DNA of 63,131 nt from Octopus bimaculoides (GCF_001194135.2 NC_068984.1:91935569-91998699), one strand, 5' to 3'. Shown: positions 24,501 through 37,481, counted from the stretch's first letter. Notes: generated by a model not told the origin, from the sequence alone. Translations and numbers: made by a program.

Positions 24501-25009
24501 GCTGCAGAAATGCTTCTTCAACAGATATTTTATTCACAACTCGGATATAATAAAACTAAAACAATACAGGACGGTGTGGAAGAAAGTCTTACGTCTTACA
24601 GAATTTGACACTCGTCACAATATAAGCTTCGGGATCTTATTAAAGGATTGCTTTCAAAGTTTGGGTATTTCGGTGGGATCAATTAAGGACAGTGAAGAAT
24701 TCATAAAGAAAGCCAAGGCCTCGGCTCGCTACTAAGTCAAATAAGTTTAGATAAATTTATATCGAACAGTCATAGATTTCCTCAAAAATTTGTGATTAAA
24801 GAAGCAACCTGAATAATCAACAGCTTCGGCAAGAAATTAAAAGCCTTTCCAATGAAAATATCGATGTAGTTGCAGTACTCATTGAAAGAACTGTAAATAC
24901 GAATGCTTTAACTTCCTTAGCAATTTCCCCAAAATACATACTGAGCATTCTCTCTTACAAAACATTTTCTTCGTCGTTAGCAGAATTATTTTATAGCAAA
25001 GTTTGTTAG
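24501..25009 (+). pseudogene. degenerate VWA domain 2 exon of paralog 2
   Basis: Acceptor ttgtttccag|GC (phase 1). GCRNASSTDILF, QLGYNKTKTIQDGV, ISFGILLKDCF and LNNQQLRQEIKSLSNENIDVVAVLIERTVN...ISPKYILSILSYKTF...KVC* align motif by motif with 5734-6308, with frameshifts and stops. Confidence 0.88.
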
Positions 25010-26139
25010 GTTTTAGACTGGATTACTGAAAAATTCTCACTATCAAAATCAATTCGTTTTAGTGTATAAAACAGTTTCTTTGCTTACATATTTAAAACGA
25101 TAATGTTGACTACTAATTGCTTTCTGGCAGCTTTCGACAATGAAATAGAAGCGAAAATGTAAAGAGCACGTATTTTCTGATAATGATAAATCAATTCATA
25201 TTTATTCTAAATACTTACTTTTATTTCATTCGACTTTTCGTACAATAATTGTCAATCATAATTTTCAATGCTGAAATTGTTTGGAAATTAAAAAGTAAAA
25301 CAAATGCATTTTTAAAGGGGAAAAACTTTAAATTTCTACCGTAAAATTATTTCCCTTTAAATCTGTCCGTTTTGAAAATCCATTAGAGGACTTTTTTCCA
25401 TGCATGTACTATAACAGATTTCAAGAACCCTTGATTTCAAAACCTTTTCAGAATATCAGGTTCTCTGGGCCAAAATTTCACAATATGTTCTGGACCAATT
25501 AAATATATATATATCTACTATTCCTCTAGTACACTTTGCATAGCTAAACCATTAAACAAAATATTGCATGATTAAATGAAATACATGAATGCATGTAAAT
25601 TTATTCAAACAGTCTGTACCAATGAAACATAATTTTTAATTAAACGCGATCTGAATCATTTAATGAAATAAACTAAATATTAGTCACAAAGGTCTGGAAT
25701 TGGAGAACTGTAAGTATTACTACCTGTTTCTAGATAACATTTTCTTTATGGAAGGTTCAGAATTTCCAAATATAGGCTTAGTACTTCGGCACATTCTAAT
25801 AAACATGTTATACAAGCAAAATTGCTTCAGATGCTTTCCTGCATAATTTTTACATGTAGCAAATGAAAATTGATTATCCTTTGTTCCGGTACTTATCGCC
25901 GAAGTCAACTTTGTCATTCATCCATTCGTGGACGATAAAACAAAGTACCTGTTATATATTGTGATCATGTAACTACAGTAGTCCACATTTGATTCCCTGT
26001 TGCATTTGATGTGTGTTCGCTTCAAGTGAGTTTTGTTTTTGTTAAATTGTTGAAGGTCTACTACACCTAATTGTTATATTACTGAATTGTTGAATTTATT
26101 ATTACCCGAATTTTTGCTTTTCTTCCCCATTTATGGGTG

Positions 26140-26890
26140 AAGTTGTGGATAATATTATGTAAAGTAAACCAGTACCAGCAGGCAGTTACGCTTCAGTGAC
26201 TGGGAAAAGTCTAACCGCGGATGTCTTGAAAGTTAGAAAAGTTCAATTGAACGAAACAAATTTCAAGAAGTTCAATGAACTGTTGAGAAAGGAAGGAGAC
26301 AGCCTGAGGCTGACGTCGCCTAACGAAGTTATAGAAAAAAACAGAGAAAGACAATAATATATAGAACGCTGTCTATTGCAACAAAAACAGTGGAAATTGC
26401 AGCAGTAGAGGTGGTCGAAGAATGCTTGAGAGAAGTCAAAGATCTAACGACGTACTACAACAGAGGAAAGAAGTACGGTACAGTGTAGGTACGCTTCGTG
26501 AGTGAATGAAGAAGCGATAAAACACTCCACTGCGTCTTTGAGATCAACTGAGTGGATACTATTACGAACCTACTGTGGCAAACGTGCGGCCAGAGTAAGG
26601 ATTGGTAGAGTACCCCCAGAAATTGATGAGGCGTGGCTGGTGGTAGCAATCTTCTATAATACAGAGGAGGACACCAAAATACTAAAAATTACAAGAACTA
26701 CGGAAGTAAACTGAGGGGATACGGCCTCGAGATGTTGGTTCACATCAGTTTGCCAGACCTTTCACAAAATTGCAGAGGAATTGGTGTTGCCGAACGAGAC
26801 GAGAATTGTAGTGGAAGGAAGACCTTCCGTATGCTATCAATGTGGAGTATGGGGACACATAACAAAATAGGTGATGCAACACACCTTACG
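26140..26890 (+). mobile_element. second L1/Tx1-like ORF1 remnant
   Basis: RTYCGKRAARVRIGRVPPEID and VVEGRPSVCYQCGVWGH, homologous to the ORF1 at ~21000-21750. Confidence 0.7.
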
Positions 26891-27109
26891 GTATTTATTT
26901 ATACCAAAATGCTGTCCATAAATAAATGCGAGAATAAAGTTCTTCATCTTCATAGGGTATTCGAATTAAGGCGATGGATTTTCATTAGAGTAAAAAACAA
27001 GAGGGAAGAAGGAAAAGGATGGAAAACATGGCCAACACAAAACATCTAGAAGCCCAAAATGTTAAAAAGCATATAATTTACCATCAAGGGGGTGCTTATT
27101 TAAATTTTA

Positions 27110-27755
27110 TTCCTGATAAACTTTTGTTTATTCTGTTGTTACCCATACCTTATGAGCATAATGTGCTTGCATACCAATACCCAGGGATGGCATAGGTAAA
27201 TAATACCGATAGTAAGAACAGATACTATTATCCTTCAGACAGTTATTCCAACCGCTAACTCTGCTTACCTTATATATTTCTAATAAACGTAAAGTTAATA
27301 GTATAACGTTTATAATGTTAGTTTAACCTAAAACTTCGATAAGATAAGTATTGCATTTATTTTCAATAATATTGTTAAACGTTTTTCTTTTATTTATTGG
27401 TAAAATAAGTATTTTTATAGAAATTCATTTGTTATATATTGTTAGCTGATGTTCTAATAAACGCTAAATTAATAGTATAACGTTTAAATTTTAGTTTAAC
27501 GTTTAAATTTTAGTTTAAACTAAAGCTTCAATAAGATGTGGTCCAATCGATGTGTTTGTTAATCTGAGGTTTTCTCCATTTTCTAATTATTTGCATTGTT
27601 CCTGATAAGCTCGATCTTGTTTATCCTGTTGTTACCTACACTCCACGTGCATGGAGTACCTGCATACCAATGCCCGGGGATAATACGGGTAACGGATACC
27701 GATAGTATATTCGGATATTTGATCCCTTAGTCGGTTATTATAACCGCTAACTCTG
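27110..27755 (+). repeat. diverged local tandem duplication of an interspersed repeat
   Basis: 27110-27345 and 27457-27752 share blocks. The block ccaatgcccggg...gataccgatagta...ccgctaactct also occurs at 14812-14898. Confidence 0.7.
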
Positions 27756-27850
27756 TTAAGAAAAGGATAAAGATAGAAGATATAAGATATATATGTTCAT
27801 ATATATATATAACATATGTATGTGTATATGCACACACACACACACACACG

Positions 27851-27882
<32 letters not shown>

Positions 27883-29019
27883 CACACGCGCACACCATAT
27901 TGATACAATGGAAGCAATGGTCTCATGCATAACCAATTTGATATAACATATACAAGTGAGTGCAAATCTAACGGCGCAGACATGTATTGTTTTAAAGTGA
28001 TTTGTCATTGCAGGTAGGTTAATCCCCCTTTCATCTTTGTTATGTTTAAAGATGAAAAGGGTTAAGGTCGAATTCTCCTTAAGATTCTACTATATGTATG
28101 TATCTGTGTATCTGTGTATGTATGTATGTATGTATGTATGTATGTATGTATGTATGTATGTATGTATGTATGTACGTACGTGAAAATACATGCACACACA
28201 CGCACAATCACATATATCTACATACATATATGTATGCACACGCACATACACGTAAGCGCCCTGAATGTGTCTATGATACTGGTAAACATTCCACAGAATT
28301 GTAGAACTAGATGAATCAATAGAAATATGACAAAGATACATTGTAGCTGAAAATCACTTTTGTTTGCACAGAATTGTCAAAGTATTACCATGTCAATGCC
28401 GAAATCTAAATTAGCATACAATATACTTCTTGAACAATTTAGTCGTTTATAATCCACCTTTTACAATCTTGCATGTCATGATGTTTTCTACGTCGCACTT
28501 TCCACTAAGCTCTCTCTTTCTCTACTTCCTTTTTTGTTTGTTTGTTTGTTTCTTTCTTTCTTTCTTTCTTTCTTTCTCTCCCCCTCTCTCTCTATTTATC
28601 TCACTCGTTGTAATTAGGGCTACATTCTATTACATTATACTATATTATCTCACTCTCTTTCCCATCTCTCATTTTCGTTTCCCTTTATTGAATGAATATA
28701 TTTCAGTTATTTCTGTCAATGTTGTTTTATTTTATTTTATTTTTAAAATGGTTTACTTTCACTATATAAATCATGTTCAATTTTAAATGCTATTCTTCAT
28801 GTTTGTAATTGCCTGTAAAACATGTATGTTTAAATTGTCTGTTTGGGCTATTCACTGCTTTATACAAATTGCTGGTTTAATGTAAATTTCTCAATCTGGA
28901 AGTTGGCCACAGCGTACGTGAGTCACAGTCCCTTAGTTTCCCTTTCGACATCTTTGTACATACATACATACATACATGCATACATACATCCATGCATACA
29001 TCTCCTATATCTGACGAGG

Positions 29020-30505
29020 AATGTTACAGGTATCTAGGGGTGGATGAATACATATCTTACAATGGCATTTGTAACAAAACACGTATCACTAAAGAGTATT
29101 AATGCTAAAAAACAAAAATTGGATCTCAGAACTCTCTGCATTCAATAAAACAGTGGCCCACAATGTGTTTGTTATGCTAGTACTCATACCAACATTTGGG
29201 CTACTTGATTGGGCGCTTGATGAGATCTGAGCCATTGGTATGAAAACTCGAAAAATACTAACAAGCACACATAATTTCTACATAAACAATGATGTAGACT
29301 GCCTCTACCTGAAATGAAAACAAGGCGGAAGAGGCTTAACATCGATCCAAAATTCCTTTGAACGTTGTATCATATCCTTTCAGTCGAATGTCGAAGTGCA
29401 TCCCTTGACTTTGCAGACATGAAGCTGATAACATCATCAGACTTGGAAGGCAGCACCTTGAGAAACATTCTTTGTCTGATAATCTAGAATACATGCTCAA
29501 AGAAGTTACACGACTCTACTGCAACGTATCATCAAATGAAAGGGTGAGCCTATATGAGCAGAAGACTATGCAGGAATATGTTAGTAGAACGCTCCATGAT
29601 GATAGCAACATCGATCATCAAAGCAGTTTATCATGGACCAATAGCCGGATTACTACCTCCCACTTTGAAAGGTATGCATTTGCAATCCAGGGACAGGAAG
29701 TATCAATCAAGTACCTGATGCATAAAAGGGACAGAGATGCAGGAAAAGCAATAAAATGTGGTAACCAATGCAGACTTTGTGGAGTTAACACCGAAGATAT
29801 CACCCACATCATATACAGTTGTCCGAAAATGTCGCCACGGTATTATCTACTGATGAGACATGATGTTATAGCTAGGACAGACAAGCCCGAGGACAAGGAA
29901 ATAAGAGCCCACAGTATGGTAGAATCCATAGCCACTCATATTAAAATGGAATACTGCTGGAATGTTCCTGTGAAAACCTCAATAAAATATGAACACAACA
30001 GACCTGATATAATGATTTGGGACAGAGAAGAGAAACTGTAAAGTTGTGGAAATTAGCTGCCCAGCAGATGTTAACATCAAGCTGAAGATCAGTGAAAAAG
30101 AGAATAACTACGCTGAACTATTACTCTATCCCGATTACAAGTTCAGGGTTATACCTGTAATTATTAGGGCCCTGGGGTATATAACACACTGCCTAAATAC
30201 CAATCTTGAGAAATTGGGCTTCTCAAAATCAGAATAGAGAAAACTAATTCGAAGACTACAGATCCAATCCATCACTGGAGCTGTAAAAATCTGTAAAACT
30301 TTCCAGAAGTTTATGCATGATAATACATACAAAAAAGCAAAACATACAAATCTGCACATATACATACATACATACATACATACATACATACATACAAGCA
30401 AAAATACCTGTTGTTGATGTTGAAATTCCAGTGAAAGAGCTTTGGATCTAGATTAGAAAGCGGCTCTTTATTGGCAAGAAATCTTGAAATAAAACTGACC
30501 AATAA
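29020..30505 (+). mobile_element. R4/Dong-like element, (ACAT)n-associated family, copy 1 (5'-truncated)
   Basis: YLGVDE...QGGRG, CRLCGVNTEDITHIIYSCPKMSPRYYL.MRHD, HNRPDIMIWDRE, EISCPADVNI; 3' UTR ends aaataaaactg followed by (ACAT)n. Confidence 0.88.
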
Positions 30506-30550
30506 CATACATACATACATACATACATACATACATACATACATACATAC

Positions 30551-31385
30551 ATAACTGTCACTTTGATGGATATTCCTTTAACATCCAGGAACAGGAAATA
30601 GCAACCAAATTCCTGATGCACAAAAGGGACAGAGATGCGGGAAAAACACCAAAATGGATAACCGATGACTTTGTGAAATTAACAACGAAGATATCACCCA
30701 TGTCACAAGCAGATGTCAAAAAATGTCATCACGTTATTATCTACTGATGAAACATGATGTTGTTGCTAAGATACTGTATAATAAGATCCAGTGAAAGGAT
30801 AATCTTGAGGCCAAAAAGTTACGAACCGACAGTATGCTTGAGGTCATAGCCACTCATAATCTGAACGAGTACAGGTGGAATGTCCTAGTGAAAACCTCAA
30901 TAAAATGTCAACGTAATAAACCAGACAGAGTTGAGATAGGAAAGAAAGACAATGTACGGTAGTGAATCTCAGTATCTCAGCGGATGTTAACAAAGCTAAA
31001 GATCAGCGAAAAAGAAAACACCTACGCTGAACTATTGAGGAACGTACCTGGATTAGAAGTTCAGGTTTATACTTGTAATCTTTGGGGCACTGGGATGTGT
31101 AACACACTGCTTCAGAACCAATCTTGAGATTCGAAGACTATAGATCCAAGCCATCAATGGAACTGTAGAAACTGGTAAAGCTTTCCAGAAGTTTAGTATT
31201 TAAGTATATATGCGCATGTCTAGACATGCAACTGCATACATGAAAATCCTCACATAAAACAACAAATATACACAAGCATGCACTAATATCTTGTTGTTTA
31301 AACTCTAATAAGGAGCCTTGGATCTAGGTTAGAAACCAGCTTTTTCTCTACTGGCAAAAAATCTTGAAATAAAACTGAATAATAA
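30551..31385 (+). mobile_element. (ACAT)n-associated R4/Dong-like copy 2, head-to-tail with copy 1
   Basis: Colinear with 29680-30505, including the 3' UTR ggatctag.ttagaa...gcaa.aaatcttgaaataaaactga and an (ACAT)n tail. Confidence 0.88.
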
Positions 31386-31759
31386 CATACATACATACAT
31401 ACATATAAATGGTGTCGAAGTCAGTTCCGTTGGCATTCATGTCTCTGCAAGGAAAGATAAATGGAACTTTTGCCATTAATAATAAGCCTGGCAGATAAAA
31501 CTTATCTTTGCATAAATACAAAGAAGCACCTTTCTATAGAAGAATCAGTGTTAAAAATTAACTGAAACACAGCACGTGAGATTACTACTTAAACTCCATG
31601 GCTGACAGGAAGCTGTGGTCAGCCTTCGTAGGAAGTTGAACTATTGAGAGAAATACCGGTGGACATTTTAACTGAATCAAAACCTGTATCAATTCTATAA
31701 AAAGTTAGGGAATATCCCTCGACAAGAATAATAACCTCTCCTGCTCCTGCAATAAATAC

Positions 31760-32310
31760 ATCACACCTCACCTTGAAGTCTATCGAAGAACAGGAGATAG
31801 CCACTAAATACCTCATCAAAAAAAGTGATACAAAGGCCTCTAAACATTAATACTGTGATACAATATGTCGGTTATGCCATGCCTGTGTGAAAGGACTCAC
31901 TCATTTCATCAGTAGCTACCCCAAATAACTATAAAATACTCCTTTGCCATGAGACACGACATCATTACCAAAATTAATTAGGATGCTATACACAAGCAAG
32001 AAGGATTGTTTTGACGGCCCTGCCGAAGGTACACAAGTACCAGAACCAATGAGTATCTACAACTTTAAAAATAAAGAATGCTGGTGGAAGATACCAATAA
32101 AAACAGTGACTTGATTTAAGCACAATAGGTCAGATGTGATTGCATTGGACAGGGAGCAAAAGTCACGCATTGTTCTAGAGATCAGCTTCCAAGCAAATGT
32201 GAATATCTCTTAAAAAATCATGGGAGAAGAGAACATCTATAGAGAACTGATGAGAAATCTACAGCTCATATAGCCAGGCTACAGGTTTTCATTTGTTCCA
32301 ATTACACCGG
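31760..32310 (+). mobile_element. more diverged third copy of the same R4-like C-terminal region
   Basis: EEQEIATKYL..., MRHDII, CWWKIP, HNRSDVIALDREQ, LEISFQANVNI remnants; ends where the Chapaev-like element begins. Confidence 0.65.
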
Positions 32311-32319
32311 TTTACAGAG

Positions 32320-34360
32320 AGATTGAGGCAAACAAAACTAGTCGTTGTAACCTAATTTTGGGGTGCTGATTTCAGATACAAAACCAGTTTTCACTCATCG
32401 CTTCTAGATTTTGAGACATACATTATTATGCTTTTGTGACAATTCACGTAACCGTATCTATGATCAATTTTTATTTTGTTTTCCAGATTTTAGTGATACA
32501 TATTATACATATCTCTACAATGGCTTCAAGCACTTCAAAACACCGAGGATGCATCAGTAAGGCAAATTCATTCTGCTGCATGTGTGGAGGGATTTCTCGA
32601 CAGTTGCACAACGCCGAAAATTTACTTCTCTCTTGAGAACCGCTTACTTTTATTATTTTAACTATAAAATTGGACAAATCCTGGGCCTCACACATCTGTT
32701 ACAAACCCTTCTACATTGAACTAACTGTATGGTTTAACGGCAAGAAAGCAGCCTTCAACTTTGCTGTCCCGATGGTCTGGAGAGAGTCACGAAGCCACGT
32801 AAATGATTGTTATTTTTGTCTAACAAACACAACAGATTTCAATGCTTCTTCTAGAAAAAGATCAAATATCCCAACCTTCCTTCAGCTATGAGACCTGTTC
32901 CCCACTCAGATGATCTCCCTGTCCCTACACCCCCAGCAAATAAGGATCTTCTTCCTTCAACAGATAAAGAAATGCCTTCAGGGGAAGATTCTGCGAAGTC
33001 GATCTCTTCTGAAGACAATATCTGTTTATTCAGAAGTAAGTGGCAATGAGCCCCACTGGATCACGCAGGAAGATCTGAATGACTTTACCCGTGTTTTGTA
33101 TCTATCTAAGTAGTAGTCAGAACTCCTGACATCCCGGCTTAAGCAGTGGAACCTGGTCAAAGCAGATGTAAGGATCGTCTTCATTCTTCGAAATGGAAAA
33201 CAGGTTGTGTTAGTGCACAAATGTCTGGCTTGTTCACCTTCCTTGGTTTCCTACACAATCTCTCAGACTGGCGTCTTTTCATAGACTCTTCCAGTATTAG
33301 CTCAGTATTCCCATTGCCTACTCAGTCCATCTGAAGGAGTCGTACGACAATATAGAGCTCCATTTGGAAGCTGTTAGGTACAATAAGTACCAGTAGAGTC
33401 TCTGCAGGGTCCTTAAGATCATTGGGCCTCTTATGAGTATGCAAGCGGGCTTCACAAAGTACTGTTGCTTTCTATGTTTCTGGAACAGTCGTGCTGTATC
33501 CAAGCACTACAAGCAGAAGGACTAGGGATCTAGGATCACTTTGGTGACTGGTGAACACAGCATCCGAGAAAATCCTCTGGTGGATATGAACAAGGTGCTT
33601 CTTTCTTCTCTTCATATCAAGATTGGTTTAATGAAGAATTTTGTGAAGGCCTGGACAAAAATGGCGCTGCCTTCCAACACTTGTGCACTTTGTTCCCAGC
33701 TCTGAGTTCTGCTAAGCTCAAGGAGAGCTTCGTCGGATCTCAGATTCGAAAGGTGCTGAAGGAAATGACTTTGAAGAGCTTCTTACCTTAAAGGAAATGA
33801 GAGCATGGGAAGCATTTAAGTCAGTCTGCCATGGCTTCCTTGGTAACACACGGGTACTAGATTACAGAATGTATCGAGAAGTTGCTACAGTCTTATGAGG
33901 ATATGGGATGCGGAATGTCACTCAAAATTCACTTTTCCCCCACTCCCGCCTCAACTTCTTTCCTCCGAAACACGGAGCAGTGAGTGATGAGCATGGAGAA
34001 AGGTTCCACAAAGATATTACTTAGATGGAAAGCAACTACCAAGGCAAATGGAACCACGGCATGAGGGAGGCACTTTTGCTGGATGCTCTTACGTGACATC
34101 TTGGAGGAAAAGTACACAAGATCGTCCAAAAAACTCACTTCTAACTGTCTGCTGTACTATGATTTGTATGTATTGTATTATCCAAGTAATTTAGTTCCAT
34201 CAATGTTCTGTGTCTATGCTGTTTTTTTTTCTGTAATATGCTTTTGTTAGGAATGAAATAAACACATTTTATTTTGAATTTACATGCAGTATAATTAAAA
34301 CGGCATACGTGAAAGCAAAAAATCTAGAGGTTATATCCGGGTGTAGAAAATTCTTTTGTA
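32320..34360 (+). mobile_element. near-full-length decayed DNA transposon, Chapaev3-like (CMC superfamily)
   Basis: Transposase remnant 32520-34140: NSFCCMCGG, PMVWRE.RSHVNDCYFC, SAMRPVPHS, WRLFIDSS, KYCCFLCFW.SR, LHIKIGLMKNFVKA, GCGMSLKIHF, AVSDEHGERFHKD. Subfamily label is from recall; exact termini not resolved. Confidence 0.7.
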
Positions 34361-35015
34361 TGATCCTTTTTATTTTTCGGCCAGACAGAGCCTGCACCTC
34401 CGTCTGGTGTAAAGCATACACTTTTCAGTATCCTTCACTTGATGCGGTAATGCGCAGAGTTTTCCTTCTATGTCCATATATGCCTTACTCGAGATGAGAC
34501 ATTTCACCTCTTACTATTAAATGCGGACTTGCGGTTGTTAATCCTGATCCTGAAGACGGCCTCTGTCGCACCCACATGCATTTCATTTTCGCACGTCCGT
34601 CGCTCCAGTGGAATCCTTTGAAACTACCCCTGCCTTATGCATGAGTTTCTGTATTGCAATGGCCGTTAAGTGGACATGTGATGTTCTGCATGGGCGATCT
34701 GCCTCTGTTTCAGCTTTGGGCTTACTAAAAGACACTCTCAAGCTGTGTTCATTAAATATTTTTCTGTATCTACGGTTTTGAGGAAAGTGTTTAACGATTA
34801 AGTGAAGGAATATTCTTTACAACAGCCTTAAGTCCCAACAAACCGGATATGGCNNNNNNNNNNNNNNNNNNNNNNNNNNNNNNNNNNNNNNNNNNNNNNN
34901 NNNNNNNNNNNNNNNNNNNNNNNNNNNNNNNNNNNNNNNNNNNNNNNNNNNNNNGTAAAGTTATAAACATGATTAGGAGTATCAGATTCAAACTTTACCT
35001 ACAATAGAATAATTA

Positions 35016-35090
35016 ACAGGCGTGGTTGTATGGTAAGAAATTTGTTTTCCAGTCACATGATTCTAGGTTCAATAATGTTTTTTTCGTTGA
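35016..35090 (+). mobile_element. SINE family C 5' fragment
   Basis: caggcgtggttgtatggtaagaa...cacatgattctaggttcaat resembles the head at 45783. Confidence 0.55.
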
Positions 35091-35205
35091 TAGTGTTCAA
35101 TCGAAGTAGACTAATTGCAAATTTATTACTCAATACAAGTGTAAAAGCTATCTAGTTTATTCAAGATATTATCCGATGATCGTTTTTACATGTGTCTGTG
35201 TCTGC

Positions 35206-35241
<36 letters not shown>

Positions 35242-35260
35242 TTGTTTCTATATATGTATA

Positions 35261-35420
35261 TACTGGGTTGGCCAAAAAGTTCGTTCGCTTTTTTTAAGGA
35301 AAATATAAAACTTATTAAATATAAAACGACTTATTCAATCAATTATATAATTGCTGTTTAGTTTCAATACCTTCAGCCATCTTGCTGACTGATCCATTAT
35401 TCTGCCCTCAAAGAATCTCC
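35261..35420. mobile_element. mariner-like terminal fragment
   Basis: TA-CTGGGTTGGCCAAAAAGTTCG TIR-like start; no matching second end found. Confidence 0.45.
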
Positions 35421-36040
35421 TCTCTTTAGGGTGATTTCAATCACACAAACTACAACCTGTCTAGTCATATGTGTGTATCGAACTACATTAGTGTATCAGG
35501 TATCTCACGAGTAGGCATGCGATAAAGATAAAAGGGAATGCTATCAAGTATCTAATGAGTACGATGCGCAAAGGAATGAGCATAATTTTTAAACTGCGTC
35601 CGGTAGTGGGTCCCTGGTACGGGAGTTCCAGGGTTTTGAGGAGTGGGGAACCATCTCTTAACAACTATTCCAAGTCTTCTCTAACCTGGAGTAATCACAC
35701 CCATTAAGGCTCCAACTATGGATTAACTAGCATGAGAATGAAGGACCTCTTAGTTCTCTTTCGAACTTCCTTTTAGAAGAAGGTAAAACTCGCAAAAAAA
35801 CCTGAAGCGAGTTACTTTCTGTTCGTCTGAACCTTTGTTGTGCCAGTGGCGTTATGATTGCGTTAAAAAGTGAGTTCAGTAGAGTACAGTACTGTCTCCA
35901 CTGAAAACAAATTCATGCGCAGGGACTTTTTAAACTCTTGTAAAATTTGCATGTACTTACTGAGTTTAGGAGGTGTTTTTACTTGGTCACGAATTGACTT
36001 CCGTAACATACATACATACATACATATAAACATACATACA

Positions 36041-36104
<64 letters not shown>

Positions 36105-36107
<3 letters not shown>

Positions 36108-37059
36108 ACTAGACTACCCGTGACCCGTTGGGTCAACGGGAAACTCTGAGTTTCCCACCAACGGAGTTTTGTTTCTTGGGTTTCGTTCCTACTTTTCCTG
36201 GTTATTTCGCATACTTTCAACGAACGTGACATCGAAATCATGCGTAAACGGCTTCTTTCTCCCCAAAAGAAACATTTGGCTGTTATTCCATGCACACCCT
36301 TCTACCACGTAACAGGTATTTCGGGCCCTTTATCACAAATAGCTGTTACTTAGCCGCAGGGCGTGCTAGAAATAGCAGCCAAATCTTTGCAGCGCTGAGA
36401 CACATTGAATGTACTCGAAAAAACCTCTGGATAAAAACTATTTCACATCGAGGTTACGAACAGATCTTTTACGAAATATTTACCGTTTTTTAAAAGTAAT
36501 TTTCACTTTAAAATATTTTTCAAATGTGCAAATAAATTTTTTAATGGTATTCACTTGAAAATAATAAAAAAAAACATTAAAATATTGTCTGTTTAAAGAA
36601 AGCTAAATTAGAAATACTTACTGTACAAACAACTTACTGTTTTGAAATCACATTCACTTAAAAGATATTTCTAAATGATTAAAATGTGTTTAGCAAAAGA
36701 GAAAATAGAAACGTTCTTTCTACTATAATAACTATACTCTTGTGTTTTTCTCCGTTACAACATATGAATGGGAAAGGAAGGGGTGATAGATGTATAAGGT
36801 GGAAGGGGTGATAGATGATTGAGAAAGGAAGAGATGATGGCAAAATGTGAATGTTTTTATGTGTGAATGAACATTCAACGCTGAAAAGAAATATCAAATA
36901 GCGTTTCAACTCTGTGTGAGTATATGTGTATATATGTGTGAGTATATGTGCATGTACAAGGGAAGTATGTGATTGTTTGTATGTGTGATTATTATATACC
37001 TTATCTATGTATAAAATACTACAATTAGCTGTCATTTTTGGCGGCACGGGGTCAGCTAG
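36105..37059 (+). mobile_element. non-autonomous Helitron-like element
   Basis: Begins after (TATC)n with ACTAG and a GC hairpin (cccgtgaccc gtt gggtcaacggg); ends ggcacggggtcag-CTAG|t; no TSD. Confidence 0.65.
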
Positions 37060-37416
37060 TTTATTGTAAAGAACGAAATGTATTTATTCGTTAAGTCACT
37101 GTGTCTAATCGAAAGATAAGAGTTTCTTTCCTTTCAGGATAAAGATTATTTTCGGAGAATTTTCCTATTATGNNNNNNNNNNNNNNNNNNNNNNNNNNNN
37201 NNNNNNNNNNNNNNNNNNNNNNNNNNNNNNNNNNNNNNNNNNNNNNNNNNNNNNNNNNNNNNNNNNNNNNNNNNNNNNNNNNNNNNNNNNNNNNNNNNNN
37301 NNNNNNNNNNNNNNNNNNNNNNNNNNNNNNNNNNNNNNNNNNNNNNNNNNNNNNNNNNNNNNNNNNNNNNNNNNNNNNNNNNNNNNNNNNNNNNNNNNNN
37401 NNNNNNNNNNNNNNNN

Positions 37417-37481
<65 letters not shown>

